A DNA stretch of 49,426 nucleotides from IMG/VR virus record IMGVR_UViG_3300035698_008779, positions 1-49,426 of that record; one strand, 5' to 3'. Position numbers and translations under genes: made by a program. Shown here one piece after another: positions 1 to 9,200 of the stretch. The notes below the pieces were generated by a model. That model saw only the letters and a program-made list of their open reading frames with translations, was not told the DNA's origin and searched no databases. Each line of letters begins with the position of its first letter. The first letter of the stretch is position 1. The DNA is from a virus.

Positions 1-25
1 CTCGTGCAGGTCGTTACCAATGGGA
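1..25. repeat. Terminal 25-bp sequence identical to 49402..49426 (contig self-overlap of a circular, permuted or terminally redundant genome)
   Basis: ctcgtgcaggtcgttaccaatggga is present at both window ends. An ORF continues in frame across the junction. Confidence 0.9.
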
Positions 26-327
26 AGAAGTACTTCCAGTGGTTCAAGGACTGCGCCCGGGTAGTCATCGAGACCACTGAGTCCGAGTGGATGGGGTATG
101 AGGTAGATGAAATCCGGTACGCTATTACCACCGGTGAGGAACCCGAGTTGGTGGTCCCTCCGAGTGCGAAACCTCGGAAGAACACGATGTTGTACTTGGT
201 ACCCGATGCGGGTCTATCACCCGCGGCTCTTATGCGGTACCTAAAGAAGGCCAAGTACGGGTGGTTGGTGCAGCTCGAGCCGAAGGTACAGATACTGGAA
301 CCCGTGAGTGTTGGGAATGACCTATGA
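1..327 (+). CDS. 3' part of a junction-spanning ORF (joins 49162..49401; about 188 aa in total); QueE/NrdG-like fold suspected but lacks the Fe-S cysteines
   Basis: Same frame as 49162..49426 once the 25-bp overlap is removed. Stop at 325-327. Motif-like stretches LVQVVTNGK and VVIETTESEW. Confidence 0.6.
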   Translation, partial: LVQVVTNGKKYFQWFKDCARVVIETTESEWMGYEVDEIRYAITTGEEPELVVPPSAKPRKNTMLYLVPDAGLSPAALMRYLKKAKYGWLVQLEPKVQILEPVSVGNDL

Positions 328-590
328 GAGGCGGGACGGTGTTTCTCTGGGGACTCCTGACGGGTTTGAGTGCAATGCTCACAGGAGTAGTGTTGATTCA
401 ACAACTCTTACACGCGAGACGATCGAAGAGGCGATCAGGCATTTCCAAAGACTTTACCAACGTAGTATCTTCGAAGGCACAGGACGCCGCTATAGAGAAG
501 ATATCCGAGACAAATGCGACTTTCTCCGAAGCACCAAAGGAAACGAAGGCGGAGATAGTGAATACCCGACTTGAGAGGTTCAAGGACTAA
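324..590 (+). CDS. Small membrane protein (one N-terminal TM helix)
   Basis: ATGA start/stop overlap with the upstream ORF. Hydrophobic segment FLWGLLTGLSAMLTGVVLIQQLL. Preferred over the competing frame 308..574. Confidence 0.6.
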   Translation: MRGGTVFLWGLLTGLSAMLTGVVLIQQLLHARRSKRRSGISKDFTNVVSSKAQDAAIEKISETNATFSEAPKETKAEIVNTRLERFKD

Positions 591-769
591 TGGATACAGA
601 TGAATTGTATGAAATGATATTGCAGTTAAAAGCTGTACTGCCTTACCTAGATACAGGTCTTGGAATAGAGGACTACCGAAGAACCGTAAGTGCTATCGCT
701 GAGCTTTCGCAGGCGTTTACCCTTCAGCGTATCTTTCAAAAACTCGAAGAAATAAGGTCATGCCTCTAA
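590..769 (+). CDS. Hypothetical protein, 59 aa (below the ORF-track cutoff)
   Basis: TAATG overlap with the upstream stop (588-590). Open frame MDTDELYEMILQLKAV...EEIRSCL ending TAA 767-769. Fills an otherwise empty gap. Confidence 0.5.
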   Translation: MDTDELYEMILQLKAVLPYLDTGLGIEDYRRTVSAIAELSQAFTLQRIFQKLEEIRSCL

Positions 770-969
770 TGGCCGAAGCCGAACGCAACCAAGCAGAACG
801 CACCGAGGACTTCAACGCCATTATGCACTTCCTCGAAAGTGACCCCATTAACGTACCCTTCCGGGTGAAACACGTAATGGCCTTCTACGCCGGGAACCTC
901 GCAGCGAGGATTAAAAAGGCCTCGAAACCCTCGAGTCGTATCATCACCTTAGGAGACATACATGACTGA
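769..969 (+). CDS. Hypothetical protein (66 aa; alternative start at 760)
   Basis: TAATG coupling at 767-771. AAGGT lies 10 nt upstream of 769 but only 1 nt from the 760 ATG. Confidence 0.55.
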   Translation: MAEAERNQAERTEDFNAIMHFLESDPINVPFRVKHVMAFYAGNLAARIKKASKPSSRIITLGDIHD

Positions 970-1231
970 AGATTTAAACTTGAACTTTAACCTTTCCGAG
1001 GAAGACTTCCTCCAAGGTAGCGTGTTGTACTACATAAGCCGTTCGAAGACATGCGAGAAGCACTCTAAGGAGCAACTGCAAGACTTGGAATCTGCATTGC
1101 ACTACATGAAAGAGCTTGTGAACAACAAGCAAACATCACTATGGGAGGTGACAGAAAATGTGGATCACTCGACGGCAAGTAATGATCGTATTGGGCCATC
1201 TCTTGCTTCTGCTCTCGATAACGAGAGCTAA
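962..1231 (+). CDS. Hypothetical protein, 89 aa
   Basis: ORF overlapping the upstream stop by 8 nt. Same strand and operon context. Confidence 0.55.
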   Translation: MTEDLNLNFNLSEEDFLQGSVLYYISRSKTCEKHSKEQLQDLESALHYMKELVNNKQTSLWEVTENVDHSTASNDRIGPSLASALDNES

Positions 1232-1288
1232 CGCAATCGAAGCGGTAGATGAGGGGTACTTGTATACCCCTTCGACCACGAAGCGGTG

Positions 1289-1510
1289 ATGTCTGCACTC
1301 GATACACTCGACCTCTGTGAGGCGAAAGGAAAAGATATGGAAGAGAACTACGAAGCTATGAAGGAACAACGTGATAACGCTGTACGTGACGCGGACGCTA
1401 TGGCGGACACGGTGTTAGAGCAACATAAGCAAATCGGTACGCAACAAACATGGCTTATATTCGAAACCGTCTTTATTGTAACCCTTCTTTTGATTCGTAT
1501 ACTTCAATGA
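1289..1510 (+). CDS. Small protein with a C-terminal TM helix (GTG at 1286 is also possible)
   Basis: C-terminal WLIFETVFIVTLLLIRIL. Its stop overlaps the polymerase ATG (ATGA at 1507-1510). Confidence 0.55.
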   Translation: MSALDTLDLCEAKGKDMEENYEAMKEQRDNAVRDADAMADTVLEQHKQIGTQQTWLIFETVFIVTLLLIRILQ

Positions 1511-4146
1511 GGTATAAACGCACAGCATGTGAATGCACTGGCTGCCCCCTCGGGGGGCAGGTGAAGGTGCATCCCAAGGGAGGCCTCGGTAGCGGTATCG
1601 CCTTCTTCGGTGCCGCCCCGGGTGCGGTAGAGGAAGAGACCCGATTACCCATAGCGAATGACATGAGTACGTATTTCTCATGGGCATGCGGGCATGCGGA
1701 GATTGAGAGATCACAATGTTGGGAGAGCAACGTAGTCTCTTGCCGTCTCCCACGGAACAACTGGTACAACGTAGACTCAAAGGCCGCAAGGCAACATTGC
1801 AAGGAAGGTTTCCATGAAGAACTCGATTGGCTTAAAGAACAAGGAGTCACCGTCGCCGTTGCATTCGGTCCCAATGTGGCTAGAGAATTCGGTATCGTCG
1901 GTGATATCGATGATATCCGAGGGTCAGTGTATGAATATCACGGACTCTGGATCATACCTACGTTTCACCCTTCACGGTTCCAACAACTCTCCTATTACAA
2001 AGAAGACGGAGTTATGCTGGATCGAAAGTACGCATGGATCTGCGACTTCCTCAAGGTTAAACGCATCGCAGCCAACGGATGGGCCCCTCCAGTGGAGGAT
2101 TTCAAACTCTTCCCCAGCGTGGAGGATATCGAAAGTTGGATTGCCGAAGGCCTTACTAACAACGATGTATTCGCGGTGGATATCGAAACATCCGGGTGGT
2201 CTGACAAGGGGGAAATTGTTGTCATCGGTCTTGCGCGTTCTACAACAGATGCCATGGTTGTGCCTCTCAAGCGAAAGCACGGGTTTGATTATTTCAAATC
2301 CCCCAAGGACCAAGTTAAAATAACAGAAGCGCTTAATTTACTTTTCACCACCGGGAGGTTGATGTTTCAAAATGCCCTATTCGACGTGGGATTTCTTCGA
2401 AAGAAAGGGTACACAATTCGTTATGAAGATGTTACTCACGATTCTATGTTGCTCCATCACACTGTGGCTCCTGAGCAGCCCCACCGACTCGGTTACATCG
2501 TATCCATTTATGGAGACACTCCCTACTGGAAAGACGACTTCGCGAATCGAGGGTGTCCTATTTACGAGATGGAAGATGTTGACCTACGAACATATAATGC
2601 CCGGGACTGCGTAGTACTGCATCAAGTCCTGCAACCCATGCTCACGGACCTCAAGAGGTTAGAGGTCGAACATATATACTACGACGAAGCCCTAAAGCTC
2701 CTCGCCCCCATAGGTGAAATGATGGAAACCGGGCTCGTTCTTAACACAAGGAAACTTGATGGAATCCGGAAACAGTACAAAACTAGCCTACTCGATCTTG
2801 AACGAACTCTCCGAAGTACGCCGCTCGGTGGCTTCCCTGAGGCTTTTAACTTCGACTCATCTTCGGACCTGCAGTGGCTCCTTTACCGAAGTGCCCCCGG
2901 GAAGTTCAAGAAGCTTGCCAACCTCGCGGAGTATGATCCGGAGACGTGTAGTAAACACAACAAAGATGGCAAGGCTCGTCCGAGGAAGAAGGGTACGAAA
3001 GCCTATCAAACGTTGGTTGAAATACAATGTTTACAACAAGACACCCCCGTATTCAACCTCCCTACCGGGTTCAAACCCCGACGCACTAAAGAAGGAGCAC
3101 TAAAAACCGATGAACAAGCTTGTCTTGCAGTGGATGTCGCCTTGCTACGCCGCATACGCGATATCGAATCCTTTAAGAATCCTAAGCCCAAGCACGTTGA
3201 AGAGAAAACTCTTATGCAATATCAAAGGTCATGGATTAAGCTTCACCGGGAGTACCGGGAAGTGGGTAAGATCGTGTCTACATACCTTAACTTTCCAAAG
3301 CAAAGTGATGGCAAAGTACACACGAGTTTTCTCATACATGGAACGGCGACAGGGAGACTTTCTTCTCGGGAGCCTAACTTTCAGAACCTCCCTAAAGGAC
3401 GAAAGGAGATACGGTCTATCTTCACTGCTGAGCGTGGGACCATACTCGTTAGCGCAGACTACGCCAACCTCGAGGTCCTTGTGCTCGCGTATGAAACTAA
3501 TGACTTACCGCTTATTAACACTCTTGAGAGCGGTGCGAACATGCACGATATCAATACCCGAGACCTCTTTGGGATCGATGAAGATGACCCTCTATGGGCT
3601 ATGGGGCGTAAAGCCGCTAAGGTATTTATGTTCGGAGGTATATCATATGGTGGAGGAGATAGAGAAATCTACTCGAAGGTCCTCTTAGAGGCTCCGGATT
3701 TGGACCTGCTGCTGAGTGAATATGTAGAAGCCAAGGCTAACTGGATGCTAGCACACCCGGCATATGCAGAGTGGGCCGTAAGGGTAAAAGCCGAAGCGAT
3801 GGAAACGAGGTTCACTACTACCTTCCATGGACGCAAACGCGAACTCATGGGCCGGGAGAATGATATCCTCAAGCAAGCATTGAACTCTCCCATACAAGGT
3901 GGAGCCTCTGGGGTTATCAACCCGGCCACCATACGTCTCTACGCCGCTAAGCCCCCGGAGTGGAAACTCGCGGTGCAGATACATGACCAACTCGTTATGC
4001 AGGTTCCATTGCACGAAATAGACAAATGTGTAGCTTTAATGCGACAGGAAATGGAGAGACCTGTAATAATCGGAGGCCACCTCCGGATATTCCCGGTTGA
4101 TTTCGACATAGGATATAATTTAGCCTTTGAGAAGGAGACGATATGA
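1507..4146 (+). CDS. Family A (Pol I-like) DNA polymerase with N-terminal family-4 UDG-like domain and 3'-5' exonuclease domain
   Basis: UDG-like part: CECTGC, GAAPG, VVSCRLPRNN, FHPS. Exo motifs: AVDIETSG, NALFDVGFL, YNARDCVV. Pol motifs: SADYANLEVLVLA (A), RKAAKVFMFGGISYG (B), VQIHDQLV (C). Start placed at the ATGA overlap, not at 1450. Confidence 0.9.
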   Translation: MRYKRTACECTGCPLGGQVKVHPKGGLGSGIAFFGAAPGAVEEETRLPIANDMSTYFSWACGHAEIERSQCWESNVVSCRLPRNNWYNVDSKAARQHCKEGFHEELDWLKEQGVTVAVAFGPNVAREFGIVGDIDDIRGSVYEYHGLWIIPTFHPSRFQQLSYYKEDGVMLDRKYAWICDFLKVKRIAANGWAPPVEDFKLFPSVEDIESWIAEGLTNNDVFAVDIETSGWSDKGEIVVIGLARSTTDAMVVPLKRKHGFDYFKSPKDQVKITEALNLLFTTGRLMFQNALFDVGFLRKKGYTIRYEDVTHDSMLLHHTVAPEQPHRLGYIVSIYGDTPYWKDDFANRGCPIYEMEDVDLRTYNARDCVVLHQVLQPMLTDLKRLEVEHIYYDEALKLLAPIGEMMETGLVLNTRKLDGIRKQYKTSLLDLERTLRSTPLGGFPEAFNFDSSSDLQWLLYRSAPGKFKKLANLAEYDPETCSKHNKDGKARPRKKGTKAYQTLVEIQCLQQDTPVFNLPTGFKPRRTKEGALKTDEQACLAVDVALLRRIRDIESFKNPKPKHVEEKTLMQYQRSWIKLHREYREVGKIVSTYLNFPKQSDGKVHTSFLIHGTATGRLSSREPNFQNLPKGRKEIRSIFTAERGTILVSADYANLEVLVLAYETNDLPLINTLESGANMHDINTRDLFGIDEDDPLWAMGRKAAKVFMFGGISYGGGDREIYSKVLLEAPDLDLLLSEYVEAKANWMLAHPAYAEWAVRVKAEAMETRFTTTFHGRKRELMGRENDILKQALNSPIQGGASGVINPATIRLYAAKPPEWKLAVQIHDQLVMQVPLHEIDKCVALMRQEMERPVIIGGHLRIFPVDFDIGYNLAFEKETI

Positions 4147-4313
4147 ATACTTGCGAAACCTGCGGCTATTGCAAACGCGCCTACTACGAAACAGAAGAGG
4201 CTTGGTACGACTACTGCAGCTATGCGGTAGACCTCGACTACCGAGGAGTTGATATCCTGCACCACATGGACGACAACGACAACGATGACTGTGAGTATTG
4301 GGAGGAGAAATGA
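4143..4313 (+). CDS. Small Cys-rich acidic protein, 56 aa (below the ORF-track cutoff)
   Basis: ATGA overlaps at both ends (4143-4146 and 4310-4313). MNTCETCGYCKRAYY...DDCEYWEEK with CxxCxxC. Confidence 0.5.
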   Translation: MNTCETCGYCKRAYYETEEAWYDYCSYAVDLDYRGVDILHHMDDNDNDDCEYWEEK

Positions 4314-5815
4314 CGGGTAAACCCAAACCCTTCGAAGAATACCAGCTCGATAAGTTCTGGACCCCAGAACCGTGGGATGACATCATCCCCCAAGGGGGGT
4401 TCATCAATGACTTCGTGCTGAGTACTCGGGGTATTGAAACCCCCACGAAGTTCTGCATATGGAGCTCTCTTTTCATGCTCTCGAGTGCCCTAAAGCGTGA
4501 GAGCTACATCACATGGTACCCGTCACGCATTTACCCGAATATCTTCATCATCCTTGTCGGCCCACCCCGAATTGTCGCGAAGTCTACTGCGGTTAACTAC
4601 GGCGAAGGGCAAGTGCTCTCCAAATTCCATAACGAGTACACCACAAAGACCATGCAGGAGATCAAACGCGCCAATATTCTCCGGAAGTCCACCCCTGAGG
4701 CCCTCTCTATCGCCCTTGCCCCGGATACCATTGAATGGGCTGACTCAAAGACCAAGAGCCTCGTGAAGGTAGAACGCGGCTCGCAAGTGTGCCTCATTAT
4801 CTCCGAGCTCTCTACCTTCCTCGGGAAGCAGAAGTACAACATGGGCCTGATTGATCGCCTCACGGACCTGTATGACTGCAGGGATTCCAATGATGAGCTC
4901 ACGATCTCCCGGGGCCTGCAGACATTCGAGAATATCTATGTCTCCCTTTTCGGTGCTACCACCAAGGACGGCCTTGAGAACTCCGTACCCCCCGAGGCCT
5001 TTGGCTCCGGGTTTATGTCAAGGTTAATTATCGCATACTCTGGCCCAACACGCACTTTCGCCGTGCCTCGCCCTATTACCTTCAAAGACGGCACCCCCAT
5101 TGACTGGGCCCTAGAGCTTCGCCGCCGCCTCGCATGGGTAGCCGAGCGGGCTATGGGGGAATTCATCATGACCCCGGAGACTATTACAAAGTACTCCGAG
5201 TGGTACTACGCTTTCCGGAAGGTCCTGATGAAAAAGTCCGACTCGCAGATATCCCTCATGAAAACCCGCTACGACGTGCACCTTATGAAACTCATGATAC
5301 TCATCCGCGCCCAAGACTACACCTACGCAATGGACGACCCTCTCGCACGTACCATCACCCCTTCCGACTTCGATATGGCGAAGTACATCCTCGACAAGAC
5401 TTACGAGAACAACTTCCTCGCCATCGAAGAAGCCGCGGCTCCTGTGGGTAAAATTGGCAAGTGGCATAAGCGGGTCACCAAGATCCTGAAAGAAGGAAAA
5501 ATCACCGGACGTAAGGCCCTCCTACCGAAGATGTCTTCCTACGGATGCCTCATTGCGGATATGAAAACTATCCTCACCCAGCTTTACCACGAAGGGAAGA
5601 TCAAAATCTACAACGGAGACGGGACTGAACGCACTACCATCGGTACCAAAGGCACCGAAGAATACCATTGGCTTACCAAGGAGGTTACCATCAATGGCTT
5701 ATCCACCAGTAATAGCAACCATCCCTCTCGAGAGAATCCGGAAAACCTACCTCGAGACGCAGAGCACGAAGGAGACAGCGAAGCTCCTCGGGATATCCCG
5801 ACCGACGCTCTCTAA
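4310..5815 (+). CDS. DUF3987-like P-loop protein, putative replicative helicase/loader with a degenerate Walker A
   Basis: GGAGG 4 nt upstream. LVGPPRIVAKSTAV (Walker A-like with one extra residue and A in place of G). LIISELSTF (Walker B-like). Position next to the polymerase. Confidence 0.4.
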   Translation: MTGKPKPFEEYQLDKFWTPEPWDDIIPQGGFINDFVLSTRGIETPTKFCIWSSLFMLSSALKRESYITWYPSRIYPNIFIILVGPPRIVAKSTAVNYGEGQVLSKFHNEYTTKTMQEIKRANILRKSTPEALSIALAPDTIEWADSKTKSLVKVERGSQVCLIISELSTFLGKQKYNMGLIDRLTDLYDCRDSNDELTISRGLQTFENIYVSLFGATTKDGLENSVPPEAFGSGFMSRLIIAYSGPTRTFAVPRPITFKDGTPIDWALELRRRLAWVAERAMGEFIMTPETITKYSEWYYAFRKVLMKKSDSQISLMKTRYDVHLMKLMILIRAQDYTYAMDDPLARTITPSDFDMAKYILDKTYENNFLAIEEAAAPVGKIGKWHKRVTKILKEGKITGRKALLPKMSSYGCLIADMKTILTQLYHEGKIKIYNGDGTERTTIGTKGTEEYHWLTKEVTINGLSTSNSNHPSRENPENLPRDAEHEGDSEAPRDIPTDAL

Positions 5816-6245
5816 GTACCTCAAACTCGCTGGGGTTATCACCACGAAGGGGCGGAAAAAGGGCTCCAAAGCCACCAACCGGGGCATCCACCGTGGATGC
5901 TTCGCTCAATGGCTCCATCTGCACCCGGGTCAACCTATCCCCCGGTCGGTCGAGGAAATTGCAAAGCTTACCTCCTGTACCCATGACGAGGTGAAGAGCT
6001 ATCTCTACCGAAGACGTAATCGCGAGAAGACAAAGTTTTCACATATTGATTTCATCGGGAGTACACAGGTTCTTCATGACATAAGAGGTAACCCGATTCC
6101 TATGCAGGCGGTGAGAGCCATTACCGAGGTAGTAATCGATCCCTTTACCTTCGAAGGGACCGTTACGTTGGCTCTTAACAACGGTCAGCTCAAGACCTTC
6201 ACAGGCTCCTATGAGCGTATGGCTTTGATGGTTACTCCCTACTAA
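5694..6245 (+). CDS. Helix-turn-helix DNA-binding protein, last gene of the plus arm
   Basis: AAGGAGGT 9 nt upstream of the ATG. TKETAKLLGISRPTLSKYLK is a classic HTH. Overlaps the upstream gene by 122 nt in another frame. Confidence 0.65.
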   Translation: MAYPPVIATIPLERIRKTYLETQSTKETAKLLGISRPTLSKYLKLAGVITTKGRKKGSKATNRGIHRGCFAQWLHLHPGQPIPRSVEEIAKLTSCTHDEVKSYLYRRRNREKTKFSHIDFIGSTQVLHDIRGNPIPMQAVRAITEVVIDPFTFEGTVTLALNNGQLKTFTGSYERMALMVTPY

Positions 6246-9200
6246 CAGGGGCGGACATTAAGTGCAGGCCTGCTCTAACGTAGTCGCCTTCCTGCATGGC
6301 TTTCACTCCCTTCGTTATAGCTCTTAGTTCAAATGACCCCGGTGTTAGCATCTTGACAAGTTCACTTTTCGCTAAGTCGAGTTTCATCTTTCCGTCTACT
6401 ACACTGAGCCCTAAGGTCTCCGCTGCGCCTTGGCGGCCTTTGTAGTTCCCCGATAGCATACTCGGGGCAACCATTAAGCTATTCGCTAACTCATAAAATG
6501 GCCCACCTGTGAAGAACATTGGGTTCCACGGGAGGAAGTTCTTGGCATCAACTCCAAGCTCTTTGTATGCTCCATAGATTAACATACTATTAGCTGTCAT
6601 AGTAGCCCCGAAGGCGAGCTTATCGCTCAGGGGAGCATGCTTCAGGGTCCTCCGTATGTTGTCCACATAGTACGTCGGATACTGCCCGAACATACCGAAC
6701 ATCTTACCTACCACGCCCCTAAAGGCCTCTGGGGCCATGCCACTACGGTAGGGGAACATTGCCCTTTCTACGATGTGCGTTGCATACATATCCCGTGCTG
6801 CATTCCAGTTCCCTTTATCCACTAAATCCATAAGAACCGCTTTATTCGATTGCTCCATGAAGTTCACACCCGCAAGGTCCGCGAATTGATCTCGCGAGAC
6901 TCCAAGTCGTTTAAACCTATCCACTGCATCCATGAATCGGCTCTCCGCACTTGCATATGACACCGCTCTGGTGAAGTCATCAGAATTGGTATACCACTGG
7001 AGCCCTTTCTTCGAGAGCTTCTGTAAGAGCCCTGTTTCGTTAAAGAGTCTATCCCCTCCTGCAAGCGGCGGGGCAGTGGTGATAATACCTTTCGCTCGGA
7101 GAGCATCAAATATCACCCCGTCTTTGTCGTTCATAATCCTCTTCAACCCTATTCGTACATTCCGGTTATCTACCAATGGAGCCAACGTGGTAAATATTTG
7201 ATGCATATTTCGTATTGGTAACCACGGGCGTACTGACATTGTGGCGTTATAACCCAACATCATAGCATAGTCCACGAGGTCTTTACTCTCCGATCCTGAG
7301 AACCCCCACTTTTTCCATATGTTATTCGTGGCCTCTAAGAGCCGCTTTTCTCCACCGGTCTTTATCCCCATGACCTCTTCGAGATACGACCCCATACGTA
7401 GCGACTGTACGTAATTCCGCGGGTTACCCGAGTTGACCTTTACAAGTTCCCGCATGGCCTTGTAGGAATCCCCAATGAAGAGATCCCTATTCCCCAATGC
7501 GGCATATTTAATGAGCAACTTCACCGGGTTCTCTTCCAACACGAGGTTCTTTATCTCCCTCGAGCTTCGGGTATTCTTAAAAAACGCATTCAATGCATCC
7601 GGGACTCCGCCTTCCTTATAGAGCTCTTTTAAGAACTTCGGAGCTTCCTCGATTTCTATCCCCGGATTCTCCGCTAGCTTCCGTCGTAACTGCGGTATGT
7701 AGTTATCGATGAAATCATATTGTATATCAAACTGTCGGAAGAGGCCTTCCTTTGCACTCCCTCCCCAGAGTTCTCGGAATTTACTCGCGACCTCTAAGTG
7801 CTTCTCTCCTAACCCCATCTCCTTTGCGAGGGCTTCCCAGCCTTCCCTTGGGGTTTCCATAATCTTCCCAATCCCAACGAGTTCGTTATACGGTAAGAGC
7901 TTTCCGTTCTCCGAGGCAATGGTAGACACCAACTGCCCAACGGTCTGTGTTCGCCCCGTTGCCATACGGCGTCCATTCTCTATCGCCCTGAAGCCGTCTC
8001 GGTACATAACATCCCCACCGTGGTATACCGCGTCTTCAAATACCAACGCGGTAGGCTTTATCATTGCTGTAAGATCCGCCCACGACTCCCGGAGGCCTGT
8101 GAAGTACTTCGGAGTCTTAGCCTTGGTAGCGTCCACTGGCACTGCCCATGAAGGGATATTCGCTGGTTGCAAAATCGCATTAACAGTTGCCCCATCAATC
8201 CCCGTGAGTTCCGGTGCCCACTGAGGGGGTACAATCTTCGCGAGTTCCGCTTTGACTTGCTCGATAGTAGTTGCCCGAATACCTACTCCCTCGTCGGTAT
8301 GGAGATAAAACTCCCCACCGAATACATCAAGTTGGTAACCCTTGTAACTCGCCATGTCGGATATGGTTTTATAATCCCCTTTAGCATTTTTTATAAGCGC
8401 CTTGGCTTCATCAAGGGTATCTACCCTTCCACGATACCCAACATCAGGAATGTGTACTTCAAAGCCAGCAATCCCGGAACCCTTTTGGAACGATGCTGTT
8501 GCCCCGCTCGGGGAGAGTTTAATCTTCTCTTCCACAACGTCTTTGCTAAAGTGCTTTAAGTGGTCAAGAACTGTGTGATATGAACCTACTACGGCTTTTT
8601 CTACATACTGTATCTCTGTCATTCCTGAGGCAACGATACCTACAGTGGGTCCCGTTGATGCAGGTGCATTGGGTATGAACTCCTTGTTCTGAAACAAGAA
8701 CTCTTCAATGCTTCCTTCATTCCAAATAACCCGGTTACCGGAATCTAATACCTCAATAGCATTTCCTTCCCCATGCGCGAGATGCAGCCCCTCTGTCTGC
8801 CCGAGATGCGCTGCAAGGTCATCAAATGTCGTGACCTTTGCCATAACGAAGTCCCCGAGATCGTTGAGATTACTAAAGGATACTGTATCATTAGTACTAT
8901 GCGCCATGACATCTTTATCCGAGATGAACTTATACACCCCGTCTTCTAATGCTATATGCCCACCAAGATGCTCTCGTGATACGTTATCCAACCACCCGGG
9001 GGTGTAGAGCCCCATCTTCCCTGCGGTGTCTGCATAGATCTCTGAAGTAAGAGTCCTTACCCCCTTGAGGTTATTCCTTTCCGCGAACTCATTGATGGAA
9101 TCAATTATCTTCCCTACAGAACCTGCTTCCTCAGCGGCGCTTTGAAACCCTGCACGGACTGTTGCAAGTTCTGTATCGAGTAACTTGAGCTGGAGATACT

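Noticed and set aside
308-574. 88-aa ORF in an alternative frame to 324..590.
   Set aside because: The 324 start gives an ATGA overlap with the upstream stop and a clear TM helix. The 308 frame has no start-context support.
1450-1506. Longer polymerase N-terminus starting at 1450.
   Set aside because: It would overlap the upstream gene by 61 nt. The ATG at 1507 forms the typical ATGA overlap and precedes the first conserved UDG-like cysteines.
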